The notes under the pieces: model-generated
The model's input: only the letters and a program-made list of their open reading frames with translations
What the model was told of the DNA's origin: nothing
The model's database searches: none
Translations under genes and position numbers: made by a program
DNA from: an uncultured Gemmatimonadaceae bacterium
Lineage (GTDB): Bacteria > Gemmatimonadota > Gemmatimonadetes > Gemmatimonadales > Gemmatimonadaceae
Reading direction: 5' to 3'
DNA length: 64,000 nucleotides
Assembly (NCBI GenBank): GCA_963716745.1
Contig: OY970320.1
Coordinates: 1,088,001-1,152,000, forward strand
Shown here: one piece after another, positions 31,600 through 42,025 of the stretch
Layout of the letters: each line of letters opens with the position of its first letter
Position numbering within the stretch: position 1 is the first letter of the stretch

Positions 31600-34500
31600 A
31601 TGACCAGATCACTACTGCTCCTCCTGGCCGCGGCTCTTCTTCGTCCGCTGCCCGCACAGTCCCCGCCCGCCCAGGCGTCAGCGTCGGCACTCGACAGCGT
31701 GTTCAAGCCCGTCAAGTGGCGTTCCATCGGGCCGTTCCGCGGCGGACGCTCGGTGGCGGGCACCGGCGTCGTGGGCGATCCGAAGACGTACTACATGGGC
31801 AGCACCGGCGGCGGCGTCTGGAAGACCGACAACATGGGGATCACCTGGCGCAATATCTCCGACGGCTATTTCAAGACGGGCTCCGTCGGCGCCATCGCGG
31901 TCGCCGAGTCCGATCCGAACGTGGTCTATGTCGGCATGGGCGAGCACGCGGTGCGCGGGGTCATGACCGGCTCGGGGGACGGGGTCTATCGCTCCACCGA
32001 CGCGGGACGCACCTGGAAGAAGATCGGCCTCGACTCGACTCGGCACATCTCCCGCATCGTCGTGGATCCGCGCAACCCGGACGTGCTCCTCGTCGGCGCG
32101 CAGGGGAACCTCTATGCGCCGTCGAAGCAGCGGGGCGTCTACAAGTCCAGCGACGGCGGCGCCACGTGGAAGAACACGTTGTTCGTGAACGAGAGGACCG
32201 GCGTCGCCGAGCTGTCCATGGATGTGCGGAACCCGCGCGTGGTGTACGCCGCGATGTGGGAGCACGGCCGGCGTCCCTGGCAGGTCACGAGTGGAGGGCC
32301 GGGCAGCGGACTCTACAAGTCCGTCGACGGCGGGGACACATGGGAGAAGATGACCAACGGACTCCCCGACAAGATGGGGAAGATGGCGATCGCCGTGAGC
32401 CGGTCGAACCCGAACAAGGTGTATGCGCTCATCGAGAGCGACTCCTACAGCCCGGAGCGCGGACTCTACATGTCCGCCGATGCCGGCCGGACGTGGAGCC
32501 AGGTGACGAGCGAGCCGCGGCTGCTGCAGCGCGCCTGGTACTACATCAAAGCTGTTCGTCGACCCCAAGGACGAGAACCGGGTGTACGTGATGAGCTCGC
32601 CCGCGCTGCGCTCGAATGACGGAGGGAAGACGTGGGAGGAGGTCCCCACCCAACACGGAGACACCCACAACCTGTGGATCAACCCGGACAACTCCGACAA
32701 CTTCATCCTCTTCGATGACGGCGGCGGCGCGATCACTTTCGACCGCGGCAAGAGCTGGAGCTCGCTGGGCACGGAGCCGACCGGGCAGTTCTATCGGATC
32801 AACGTCGACAATCAGTTCCCCTATCGCATCTACTCGGCGCAGCAGGACAACTCCTCGGTGGTCATCGCGAGCCAGGAGCTGGGGAACGATGGGATCACCA
32901 CCGACAGCTGGACCAGTTCGGCGGGCGGAGAGAGCGCGTTCCTGGCATTCGATCCGAACGACCCGCAGTACGTGATGGGCGGCAGCTACGCGGGAACGAT
33001 CGACGTCCTCGACACGAAGGCGCACGCGGGCACGAACGTCATGCCGGCGCCGATCCAGTACCAGGCCATGGACGCGAGAGACATGAAATACCGCTACGAC
33101 TGGAACGCGCCGGTCATCTGGAGCAAGTGGGAGCCGAACACCTTCTATCACGGCGCCCAGGTCCTGCTCAAGACGAGCGACCTCGGCAAGACGTGGAAGG
33201 CGATCTCCCCCGACCTCACGCGGAATGAGAGAGACAAGCAGGGGAAGGCCGGCGTCCCGTACACCAACGAGGGCGTGGGCGCCGAGACGTATGGCGTGCT
33301 CACCTACGTGGCGGAGTCGCCGCACGAACGCGGCGTGATCTGGACGGGGAGCGTCGACGGACTGGTCTACCTGACGCGCGACGGCGGGGCCACCTGGAAG
33401 AACGTGACGCCCAAGGGGCTCGCGGAATGCCTCATCAACGCGATCGAGCTGTCACCGTTCGACAAGGCCACGGCGTACATCGCGACCACTCGGTACAAGT
33501 TCAACGATCAGTCGCCCGGGCTCTACAAGACCACCGACTACGGCCAGAGCTGGACGCGCATCGATGCGGGGATCGCGCCCAATGCCTTCACGCGCGTCGT
33601 GCGTGAGGACGACATGCGGCGGGACCTGCTCTTCGCGGGCACGGAGCTGGGGCTCTACATCTCCTGGAACGGCGGGAAGAACTGGGTTCCATTCCAGCTC
33701 AATCTGCCGATCACGCCGATCACGGACCTCAAGATCCACCGGGGGAATCTGATCGCCGTCCACGTCGGGGCGCGGGCTCTGGATCCTCGACGACCTCACG
33801 CTGATCCGGCAGTATCGCGCCGATTCCTCGGGCTTCGCGGTCTTCCGCCCGGCGAACGTCATGCTGTCGAACAGCAGCAGCGAACTGGATGAGTCGAAGG
33901 AGGAGTTCACCGGCGCGGACCTGAGCCGGGGCGTCAACCCGGCAACCGGCATCGTGCTCTATTACCGGCTGCCCAAGCTCGAGAAGACCGACGTCGTGAC
34001 ACTCGAGGTGCGCGACTCCGCGGGCAAAGTGGTGCGACGCTTCTCGTCGGTGAAGGACACGACGTTCAAGAAATGGGACGGTGGTCCGCCGGCCGAGCCG
34101 GCGCTCCCGACGGCGACGGGGCTCAACCGGTTCGTCTGGGACCTGAGGTATCCGACCGTTCCGGGAGTCCCGGGCGTCCACCTCGAGGAGAGCTATCGTG
34201 GACACAAGGCGTCGCCGGGGTCGTACCGGTTCACGTTCACGGTGGGAAGCCGGACCGCTGCGACCGACGCCGCGATCCTCGCGAACCCGCTGTATCCGAC
34301 CGATGCCGCCACGTACGCCGAGTACAATGCGTTCATGTCGGGGATGGAGCGCGAGCTCACTGTGATGAACGAGACCGTCAATCGGTTGCACGCGATGCGG
34401 GAGCGGTTGGCGGCGGTGCTCGCGGCCCTTCCGCCGGGGGACAAGTACGCCGCCATTAAGAAAGACGGAGAGGCGCTCCTCGCCAAGCTCACCGCATGGG

Positions 34501-34763
34501 ATGAAGACATGGTCTCTCGGCGGACCAAGGTGTACGATGACGTGGAGAACTTCCCTCAGAAATTCACCGCCAACTACATCTTCCTCATCGAGCAGACCAA
34601 GAGCGATCTGCCACGGGTGAACCAGCCATCGCGGGACCGGCGGGCGGAGCTCGACAAGGATTGGGTGGCGCTCAAGGCGCGCTCCGACGCCATGGTGAGC
34701 GAGGACATCCCGGCGCTCAACAAAAAGATGTGGGATGCCGGCATCGGGGCGATCGGGGAGTGA
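31600..34763 (+). CDS. Secreted BNR/VPS10 glycosyl hydrolase-like protein (frameshifts ~32550 and ~33760)
   Basis: [12 protein letters not shown], multiple Asp-boxes, [11 protein letters not shown], helical C-terminus. Confidence 0.85.
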
Positions 34764-34767
34764 GCGA

Positions 34768-35313
34768 ATGGCCAAGCTCGTTTTCGGCATGATGCAGTCC
34801 CTCGACGGGTACGTCGACAACGACGCGGGCGGGCTGGTGATACCGCCGCCTGGCGCTGCGCTCGGCCGTCATTTCATGGATCATGTGCGCGGCCTGGCCG
34901 GCTGCTTGTATGGCCGGCGGATCTACGAGGTCATGCGCTACTGGGACGAGGATCGACCGGAGTGGGATGCGGGCGACCACGAATTCGCAGCGGCGTGGCG
35001 GGAGAAGCCGAAGTGGGTCGTCTCGCGTACGCTGAAGACGGTAGGCGCGAACGCCGCACTCGTCGGCGAGAACCTCGACGCGTTCGTGCGCAAACTGAAG
35101 AAAGACGTCGAGGGTGAGATCGACGTTGCGGGGCCTGTGCTGGCGGCGAGCCTCACCGAGCTCGGACTCATCGACGAGTACCGTCTCTACTTCCGCCCCT
35201 TCGTGCTCGGCGCCGGCAAGCCGTACTTCGCGGGTGCGCGGCCGCCGCTCCGCATCATTTCCAGCGAGCGTGTTGGCGAGGACGCGGTTCGGGTGACGTG
35301 TGTTCCGGCCTGA
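34768..35313 (+). CDS. Dihydrofolate reductase-like (RibD C-terminal) protein, copy 2
   Basis: Same length as, and nearly identical protein to, 30896..31441. Confidence 0.9.
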   Translation: MAKLVFGMMQSLDGYVDNDAGGLVIPPPGAALGRHFMDHVRGLAGCLYGRRIYEVMRYWDEDRPEWDAGDHEFAAAWREKPKWVVSRTLKTVGANAALVGENLDAFVRKLKKDVEGEIDVAGPVLAASLTELGLIDEYRLYFRPFVLGAGKPYFAGARPPLRIISSERVGEDAVRVTCVPA

Positions 35314-35343
35314 CTGGAGTAATCCTGATCGTCGTCTCCGCCT

Positions 35344-35841
35344 TCACGCTGCAGCTTTGACCAGGTCGTCGAGGCGCGTGTAGCTGTGCTCCATGCCGTC
35401 GGTCATGCCCGTGGAGACCGCGTCATCACGCGCTTCCTTCGACGCGAACATCAAGTTGCAGACGAGCGTCGTGACGCCGCCCCGCTCACCGAGTTGCAGT
35501 GACACGATGCAGGGATCGCCGGCCGGCATGGCGCCGCCGATGTCGCCCGGGTCGTAGTACTCATCGTGGACGAGCTTCGACGGGCGGTCGACTTCGGTGA
35601 ACGTGCCGACGAAGCCGAAATGCTTGCCGTCTTCGCGGTTTCTCCATTGCCACTTGTATTTGCCGCCGACGCGGACATCCATGTCGCACACCGGCATGTC
35701 CCAGCCATCATAGCCGAGCCATTTCCGCATGAGTTCGGGCTTGGTATGCGCATCCCACACTAATTTGCGGGGCGCATTGAACGTGCGTGTGACGCGGACT
35801 TCACGATCGCTCGGCGACGTGACTTCTGCGGGCTTGGGCAT
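35344..35841 (-). CDS. SRPBCC (AHSA1-like) domain protein
   Basis: VTRTFNAPRKLVWDAHTKPELMRKW, DVRVGGKY, GMEHSYTRLD. Confidence 0.88.
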   Translation of the reverse strand: MPKPAEVTSPSDREVRVTRTFNAPRKLVWDAHTKPELMRKWLGYDGWDMPVCDMDVRVGGKYKWQWRNREDGKHFGFVGTFTEVDRPSKLVHDEYYDPGDIGGAMPAGDPCIVSLQLGERGGVTTLVCNLMFASKEARDDAVSTGMTDGMEHSYTRLDDLVKAAA

Positions 35842-35850
35842 GGTCTTCTC

Positions 35851-36207
35851 CTATTTTCTTGTTCGTTTCCGCTTGGACCGTTTCGCTTGCAGCTCTCCGA
35901 GCAGCGCATCGAGACGCTGGTAGTTCTGTTCGAAGATCTCGCGGTACCGCTCGATCCAAGCCACGGCTTCCTTCAATCGCTTCGGTTCCAGTTTGCGCGG
36001 GCGCCGTTGCGCATCGACGTCCATCGAGATGAGGCCGGCGCGCTCGAGCACTCTCAGATGTTTGGAAATGGCCGGCTGGCTCATCGCGAACGGATCGGCG
36101 AGCTCCGTCACGGTGGCCTCCCCCGTCGCCAGCCGCGCCAGGAGGGCGCGGCGGGTGGGGTCAGCCAGGGCGGCGAAGGTCAGGTCGAGACGTCCTGAGG
36201 TTTCCAT
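35851..36207 (-). CDS. ArsR/SmtB family transcriptional regulator
   Basis: FAALADPTRRALL, MSQPAISKHLRVLERAGLI. Confidence 0.92.
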   Translation of the reverse strand: METSGRLDLTFAALADPTRRALLARLATGEATVTELADPFAMSQPAISKHLRVLERAGLISMDVDAQRRPRKLEPKRLKEAVAWIERYREIFEQNYQRLDALLGELQAKRSKRKRTRK

Positions 36208-36267
36208 AACCGTTTAGTTCCATAACATGTTGGTTATATATATACAAGAATAAGACAGGCCCGTCAA
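36206..36267 (-). promoter_or_regulatory. Putative promoter and tandem ArsR operator boxes
   Basis: Minus strand TTGACG-N17-TATATA; ATAAC-N6-GTTAT box at 36222-36237 and a degenerate copy at 36206-36221. Confidence 0.55.
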
Positions 36268-36391
36268 GGCCTCTGGGGTCATATTTCCAGCGTCTCATCG
36301 CGCCAAGTAGCGAGACGTCGCTCTTGCGTCATGCGGCCTCGACCGCCAGCGTGGGAGATCCTCGAATGCACCGGAACGTAAGAGAGGCCAG

Positions 36392-37639
36392 GTGAACAGC
36401 GTGCCCAGTCGAACGCCGCGGCGATGGTTCGTGATCGCGCTCAGGATCGTGATCGTGGCATCGATATTCGTATTGTGGGCGTCAAACTCGCCGGTCAGGC
36501 AGTGGTTCCACGCGAAGTTCTCCACGGCCAAGGTCACCGACGACGCCGCCGTCGTACCGCCCGATTATGTGGACCAGCTGAGTGAGTACCTGGACGCGCT
36601 CGAGTACGAGTCCGGCGTTGATGTCCGGGTCAGTATCGTTCGCAGTACGCACGGGCAGCCGCTGCGCGCGTTCGCCTTGGACGTGATGCGGCAGCAAGGC
36701 ATCGGGAAGGAGGTCGGAGGCCGCGGTCTGCTCATCGTGATCGACGACTCCACGAAGGAGTCGCGCATCGAAGTCGGGCCTCACCTCGAGGGAATATTCC
36801 CCGACGGCTTCGTCGGATATCTGCTGCGTGAACAGTTGGGGCCGGTCTTCAACTCCGAGGGCCGAGGACGCTACGCGGGTCCCGGGCATGCGATCTATTC
36901 GACGCTGCTCATGATCCACCATCGGATCCGACAGGCGCGGCTCGGCAAGGAGTGGGACCCCCGCACGCTCCAGTACATCGAGGAGATGCGAAGTCTCGCA
37001 CGCGGCGGCGGCGCATCGGCGGCCATCCCGCATCAAGCGCAGCTGCGTCGGATCGCAAATGCGGCGACAGACTCGGCGATCGCTGCCTATTTCGGCCCGC
37101 AGCCGAGTGTGGAGGAGGTCTATCAACGGTATATGGAGTACTTGGCGCTCGGCCTTGCGCCGCGGTGGGTGCCGCTGTTCCTGCCAACCTCGCGCGACCT
37201 TCTGAGGGAGACCGAGCCCGACACCCGCGCCGACAATGACTATCTGCTCATGGCGTACTACGGCTACCGCCATGAGATCGACGAGCGGGGAGATTATGCG
37301 ATGCTGTACTACACCGATACGCCGTTCGAGTCGCCGCAGTTCTTCCGGCGAGGCGCCGATGGCTGGCAGATGGACCTCGTCGCCGAGATCCGGAATAGTC
37401 AGGAGATCATCGGGACCTTGTACACGTGGCGCATGCGCGTCGGCAGGGATCGATCCGCCGCCGTCTTCGCGGACCGCTTTGAGAAGATCGACGGCACGAA
37501 CGTCCCCGAGCTACTGCGCATTCGCGGGGGCGATAATCGGCCGCTGTGCATCTTCGGCGACCCGAAGAAGCCGGCCGAGCAAAGAGCGCTCGCAGCGAGC
37601 TGCCTCGCGGATTCGCTGAGGTACGGGAGTGGGAGGTAG
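36392..37639 (+). CDS. TPM-domain membrane-anchored protein
   Basis: N-terminal TM, DDAAVV, GIGKEVGGRGLLIVI, SRIEVGPHLEGIFPD. Confidence 0.8.
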   Translation: MNSVPSRTPRRWFVIALRIVIVASIFVLWASNSPVRQWFHAKFSTAKVTDDAAVVPPDYVDQLSEYLDALEYESGVDVRVSIVRSTHGQPLRAFALDVMRQQGIGKEVGGRGLLIVIDDSTKESRIEVGPHLEGIFPDGFVGYLLREQLGPVFNSEGRGRYAGPGHAIYSTLLMIHHRIRQARLGKEWDPRTLQYIEEMRSLARGGGASAAIPHQAQLRRIANAATDSAIAAYFGPQPSVEEVYQRYMEYLALGLAPRWVPLFLPTSRDLLRETEPDTRADNDYLLMAYYGYRHEIDERGDYAMLYYTDTPFESPQFFRRGADGWQMDLVAEIRNSQEIIGTLYTWRMRVGRDRSAAVFADRFEKIDGTNVPELLRIRGGDNRPLCIFGDPKKPAEQRALAASCLADSLRYGSGR

Positions 37640-37668
37640 CTGCGCATCAACCTGCCGGCGAAGTCGCT

Positions 37669-38112
37669 CTACGGTATGTCCTCGAGCTCCACGTCGAGCG
37701 CATCGATCTCGATCGTCAGGCTATATCCAGGCGGAGCACCGCAAGTGCGCGACCACCCCGCGAAGAGATGCAGCCGCCCCTGCCCGACCTCGTAGAGCGA
37801 GAACGCGCCGCCCACCTCGGCATCGTCGGACAATTCGTCCTGCACGCGCCACGAACGGACCGAGCGGATGGTGAGCTTGCTCGGCACCACATGTGGCTCA
37901 TTCGCGTAGCGCGTGAGTCGAATCCCGAGAAAATCAACGACGTGGTGTGCGGCCGGCCGTCGCACCAACACCGTGATCTCTCCCGGCGCCGTGCGAACGT
38001 CCGACTTCCGAACGCCGAGGGTCCAAGTCATCTCCGCGAACCGCTCGTGATCCCGGCGTGTGCTCGCGGCGGTCAGCCGTTCGCGCAAGGGAATCGGGTA
38101 AGGGACGAGCAT
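37669..38112 (-). CDS. Hypothetical protein; paralog of 38347..38785
   Basis: Shares RKSDV..A.GE..V..RRPAA, VVPSKLT.RSV and I.ID.LDVELEDI with the divergent neighbour. Confidence 0.75.
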   Translation of the reverse strand: MLVPYPIPLRERLTAASTRRDHERFAEMTWTLGVRKSDVRTAPGEITVLVRRPAAHHVVDFLGIRLTRYANEPHVVPSKLTIRSVRSWRVQDELSDDAEVGGAFSLYEVGQGRLHLFAGWSRTCGAPPGYSLTIEIDALDVELEDIP

Positions 38113-38346
38113 GAGTGGTGATCACCTATGCAAGAAGCAAGAGACACGATTGCAATTCCCCATGCCGTCCGCGGCCCGCGTGGTGACAGATCGGCATGGT
38201 TCGCAGATACCCGGGTCATTCTCCTCAGAGTCTGACCCGGAGTACCTCGCGGGAGTAACTTCTCCGTGATGCTCGCGCTGGGATCGAGGCAGCCCACAGT
38301 AGGTCAATGCGCGAGCCATTCTTGCTTGACTAGGTGAGGAGCCGTC

Positions 38347-38785
38347 ATGCGCATCCCCTGGCCGACCCCGCTTCATGAGCAGTTGCGCCACTCGAGCACA
38401 CGCGCGGAGCGCGAGCGGTTCCAAAGCCTTGTCGAGACCATCAGTTTTCGGAAGTCGGACGTCCACATTGCACGGGGAGAGCTCTCTGTCATGATCCGCC
38501 GTCCGGCCGCGCAGCGCTTCATTGGATGCCTTGGCATTCCCTCTCATAGCAATAGGCGGTGTGGAACCGCGTGTCGTGCCAAGCAAGCTCACCGTTCGCT
38601 CTGTGCACTCATCGCGGATCGAGCATGACGAACACCCGGGAGATGAAATCGACATAGGCGCGCTGTCGCTCTATCAAGTGGACAAGGGACTCCTGTATCT
38701 CGGAGAACGCCACGAAGCGGGCGAGCGATATGATCTTGAGATACACATTGACTCTCTCGACGTCGAGCTCGAGGATATCGCATAG
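38347..38785 (+). CDS. Hypothetical protein; paralog of 37669..38112 (frameshift ~38522)
   Basis: GAGGAG RBS; ORFs 38347.. and 38522..38785 together align to the paralog. Confidence 0.72.
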
Positions 38786-38789
38786 CGCT

Positions 38790-38826
38790 TTCGGGTGACG
38801 TGTGTTCCGGCGTGAGCACGGTATTC
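38790..38826 (+). repeat. Orphan copy of the DHFR-like gene 3' end
   Basis: ttcgggtgacgtgtgttccggc identical to 35288-35309; also resembles 31416-31452 past the stop codon. Confidence 0.8.
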
Positions 38827-38907
38827 CGCTCGCGTGCTGAGGCTTGCGTTCGATACTATCCGGTGGCAACTAGACAATCGGCAGGCCCATCTTTTCGAGA
38901 GTACCGA

Positions 38908-39060
38908 ATGAGCCAACCTCTTCGACTGGCGATAGGTGTTCTCGGAATAGGATATTTCGCGGTGTCCGCCGTGTTCGGTCATGACCTCGCCGGCAATCTT
39001 GCGGGCCTCCTTATCTGTACCGTACTACTTGCGGCGCTCTGGTGGCGTCGCTCTGCCTAA
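38908..39060 (+). CDS. Small two-TM membrane protein (50 aa)
   Basis: MSQPLRLAIGVLGIGYFAVSAVFGHDLAGNLAGLLICTVLLAALWWRRSA. Confidence 0.5.
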   Translation: MSQPLRLAIGVLGIGYFAVSAVFGHDLAGNLAGLLICTVLLAALWWRRSA

Positions 39061-39121
39061 GCGCGGTTGCAGTCGATGGGTGAACTCTGGAGTGCCCTGT
39101 TCGCTCGCACTTCGGAGAACG

Positions 39122-39192
39122 AAACGCCCCGCCTCGACGGTCAAGTCGAAGCGGGGCGTGATCTTGATCGGTATGGGCCTGCGAGGAATTGA
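39122..39192 (-). repeat. att-like remnant 3: tRNA-Ile 3' fragment plus terminator hairpin
   Basis: 39122-39179 is identical over 58 bp to 41930-41987; tatgggcctgcgagga matches the tRNA 3' end. Confidence 0.88.
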
Positions 39193-39204
39193 GCACTCTC
39201 GCGA

Positions 39205-40470
39205 TCACTCGCACGGCTCGACCCGGTACCACGGCATGCCGAGTGCACCTGGATGCAGCTTCACGCAGATCGCGGCCCCGCGTGCCGCTGCGTCGTACAC
39301 CCTACGAGACACGATGACGATTTCCCACTCAGTTCGTGGTCCCCACGGTGCGAGATCGACGTAGTACGTCGTCCCATTACGTCCGGAAGAGGTGTGCGCG
39401 TCTCGCGCCTGCGGGCGGAACACCTGTGGCGCTGCACCGTCGAATACTCTGTCGCACACAGCGATCGCTCCGTAGCCGTATGCCAACGAGACGACGAAGA
39501 GCAACGCAACGTTGGCGGCGCTCGCGCGCGGCTTCCTCTCGACACGGACGGCTGTCGCCACCAACACCATCGAGACCAGCGCGGCCGGCACGAACGCCAT
39601 TCGCGAGTCCACGAGGGGGACGCTGCCCAGCGCCAGCCAACAGAGCGCCAAGCCCGGCATCAGCATGACCAGCGAAAGGTTTACGCGCGCATCGTTCTTG
39701 TCATCATGCAGCCGAAACAGCCCGTCCCAGTGGTTGACGATCAAGATCCCCAGCCACGGCAGCGCCAACGGCAGTGCGGCAGCGAGCCAGAGCGGCGTCG
39801 GAAGCAAGAGGAGCACGATCGTCGCCATGCCAGCGACGTACGCTCCGGCCTTGACCCGATTGCGGACCGTCTGCAGAGAATCGACTCGAGCCTCCCGCGT
39901 GGTGCCGAGCGCGGGATCGGAGATGATGGCCTCCTGCGAGGCCCGAGCATCTCGAGGCATCGAGGTCGGTGAGTCCGCTCATCCAAGCCTGGAAGGCGTC
40001 GTCCGTTTCGATGGCCCCGTCGATGCGCAGTGATTTCAAACTGGTGAACCGCGGCACCAGTTCGAGTATCGGCTTCGCATCTCCGATGCCCGTCTTGATC
40101 GAGCGCATCCCTAGGATGTCGGCTCGGCGGAGAGTGCGGGTTCCGGAGAGCGTGCCCGTGACCGTGATCGAGTCGGCAGAGAGCACTACCCCCGTACGCA
40201 AGACGCCGGCGATCAGGTAGATCCCGAGACCGCCGGCGAGTGCGATCAGAACCTCACCAAGCGCGAGAGCCGCGCCCGGCGTCATGCCAAAGGGGGCGCT
40301 TCCACCCGATGCGACCACGTAGGTGGGGATCACCAACAGCAGGATGGCGCCGACCCAACTGAGCCGCCTTGCAGAGCCGGCGAGGCGGTACGTGCGCGGA
40401 TATAGCTGCGGCTCTATCGCCAACGGCGGATCCTCCGGAGAGGCGCTCTGGGCAGGCTGTGATCCACGCT
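39205..40470 (-). CDS. Multi-pass membrane hypothetical protein (frameshift ~39955; start uncertain)
   Basis: YPRTYRL + two TMs + PH-like segment in one frame, continuing as DPALG... plus several TMs and LHPGALGMPWY in ORF 39205..39960. Confidence 0.6.
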
Positions 40471-40719
40471 TGATCTTACCGCGAGCTCGCGCGCGAGTCG
40501 AGTTGGTGAGCGCCAGGGTGCTGCAGTCGGTGAGTACAGCGCCCTTGATGCACGAAGCCTCGCGCAAGAGCTGTGCTCGCGCATCGAGTTCGGATAGAGC
40601 GCATCGCGCGTTCTGTTCGGGACTCGGACTTGCGAAACGGCAGGAGTCCGGGTCGAACTTACACCGCAGCGTATATCGCGGCGCATTCGACGACTGGCAG
40701 TTAGTGTCGCACGCGTGAG

Positions 40720-41355
40720 CTATCGCTCGGTACCGCTGGAGGAGTCTGGTGTTCTCAGTTGTTCGGCGGGCCGCATCGACGGAGGCAGGAGCAGCGCATC
40801 CGGCGAAAAGGAGAACGAGAAAAGCGCCCGGCGCCAACCCTCTTCTCGAATTCCGTCACGTGTGCGCATGAACAGGAAGAGCAGCCCTCCAAAGAAGATA
40901 GCGACGTCAGCGAGATTGAAGATCCCAAATCGATATCCAAGGACACGCAGAACGATGAAGTCCGTCACGGTGCCACGGAGGATGAGATCCAGCAGATTGG
41001 CGATGCCACCTCCGACCATGATCGACAACGCCATCGCGTAGTGGCGAGCAGCGGACCGCGTTCGCGCAATCATCCAGAGGACCACCGCGATCCCGATGAT
41101 TGTGATCGTGAGCGAGACGGGCATGGGTATGACGTGACCATTGATCCTCACGAAGCCGGAGTTGTAGACCAGTACGAACCGCAGCGTCGTCTCTGGCACC
41201 GGACGAGTGGCGCCGACTGGAAGCAGACCGCGCGCCAACCATTTTGACACGGCATCGACCGCGACGGTCGAAGCGATCAGCCCCGGCACGAACAGCCGCA
41301 ACCTGGACGGGCGAGCGTGGATCGTCGCGCGGCGCCGCGCACTGGCTTCTCCCAT
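40720..41355 (-). CDS. lspA: Divergent lipoprotein signal peptidase II (LspA-like)
   Basis: DAVSKW, VYNSG, GGGIANLLD, VTDFI and FNLADVAI (both catalytic Asp motifs). Confidence 0.75.
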   Translation of the reverse strand: MGEASARRRATIHARPSRLRLFVPGLIASTVAVDAVSKWLARGLLPVGATRPVPETTLRFVLVYNSGFVRINGHVIPMPVSLTITIIGIAVVLWMIARTRSAARHYAMALSIMVGGGIANLLDLILRGTVTDFIVLRVLGYRFGIFNLADVAIFFGGLLFLFMRTRDGIREEGWRRALFSFSFSPDALLLPPSMRPAEQLRTPDSSSGTER

Positions 41356-41529
41356 TGGTCGCCTGCGTCCGAGGACAGAACAGCTTGTCGGTCGATCCTA
41401 AGCACGTGAGCGCATCGTAGCGACGCGTCGCTACACGCGAATCCAGCAACGGCACTGATGGGCTATCTGGACAAGAATCGACGAACTAACATGAGGAACT
41501 TAGACCATTGTCCGAAATCAGCGGATGGG

Positions 41530-41613
41530 AAACGCCCCGCGTCGACGGTCAGGTCGAAACGGGGCGAGCACATTCACCGATATGGGCCTGCGAGGAGTTG
41601 AACCTCGGACCTC
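41530..41613 (-). repeat. att-like remnant 2: tRNA-Ile 3' fragment plus terminator hairpin
   Basis: 41581-41613 tatgggcctgcgaggagttgaacctcggacctc identical to 49258-49290; hairpin cgccccg...cggggcg. Confidence 0.9.
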
Positions 41614-41686
41614 GGTCTTCCTTGCGACCGTGCTCGGAGCGCCGCATTATCCGAGTTAGGCAGACACCGCGCACACGGGTGAGACA

Positions 41687-41851
41687 ATGGTAAAGAATGG
41701 ACGGCTGTGGTTGGCATATCTGGTAGCCGCGGCATTCCTGGCGGTTGCCGCATTTGATCTTTCGTCTGGGCATCGCATGCGTGCCGTGGGCATTCTCTCA
41801 TTCGGCGGAATCTTTTTCTCCCTGGCGTTGCGCGGCCGAACATCGGTGTAA
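41687..41851 (+). CDS. Small two-TM membrane protein (54 aa)
   Basis: Manual translation MVKNGRLWLAYLVAAAFLAVAAFDLSSGHRMRAVGILSFGGIFFSLALRGRTSV; below the ORF-track length cutoff. Confidence 0.5.
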   Translation: MVKNGRLWLAYLVAAAFLAVAAFDLSSGHRMRAVGILSFGGIFFSLALRGRTSV

Positions 41852-41929
41852 CTGCCGTTGGAGCCCATGGATGAGCGGCCCGTAGCAGGCTAAGACCTGA
41901 GCGACGCCGCGGCTCGCTACCCCCAAACC

Positions 41930-42025
41930 AAACGCCCCGCCTCGACGGTCAAGTCGAAGCGGGGCGTGATCTTGATCGGTATGGGCCAGCGAGGAGTTGA
42001 ACCTCGGACCTCACGCTTATCAGGC
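41930..42025 (-). repeat. att-like remnant 1: tRNA-Ile 3' half through the anticodon loop plus terminator hairpin
   Basis: 41978-42025 matches the tRNA 3' region with one mismatch, ending just past ttatcag (anticodon loop). Confidence 0.92.

Noticed and set aside
41930..42025. Additional tRNA genes at 39.1, 41.6 and 42.0 kb
   Set aside because: Only 3' fragments are present; the D-arm and 5' acceptor strand are missing.
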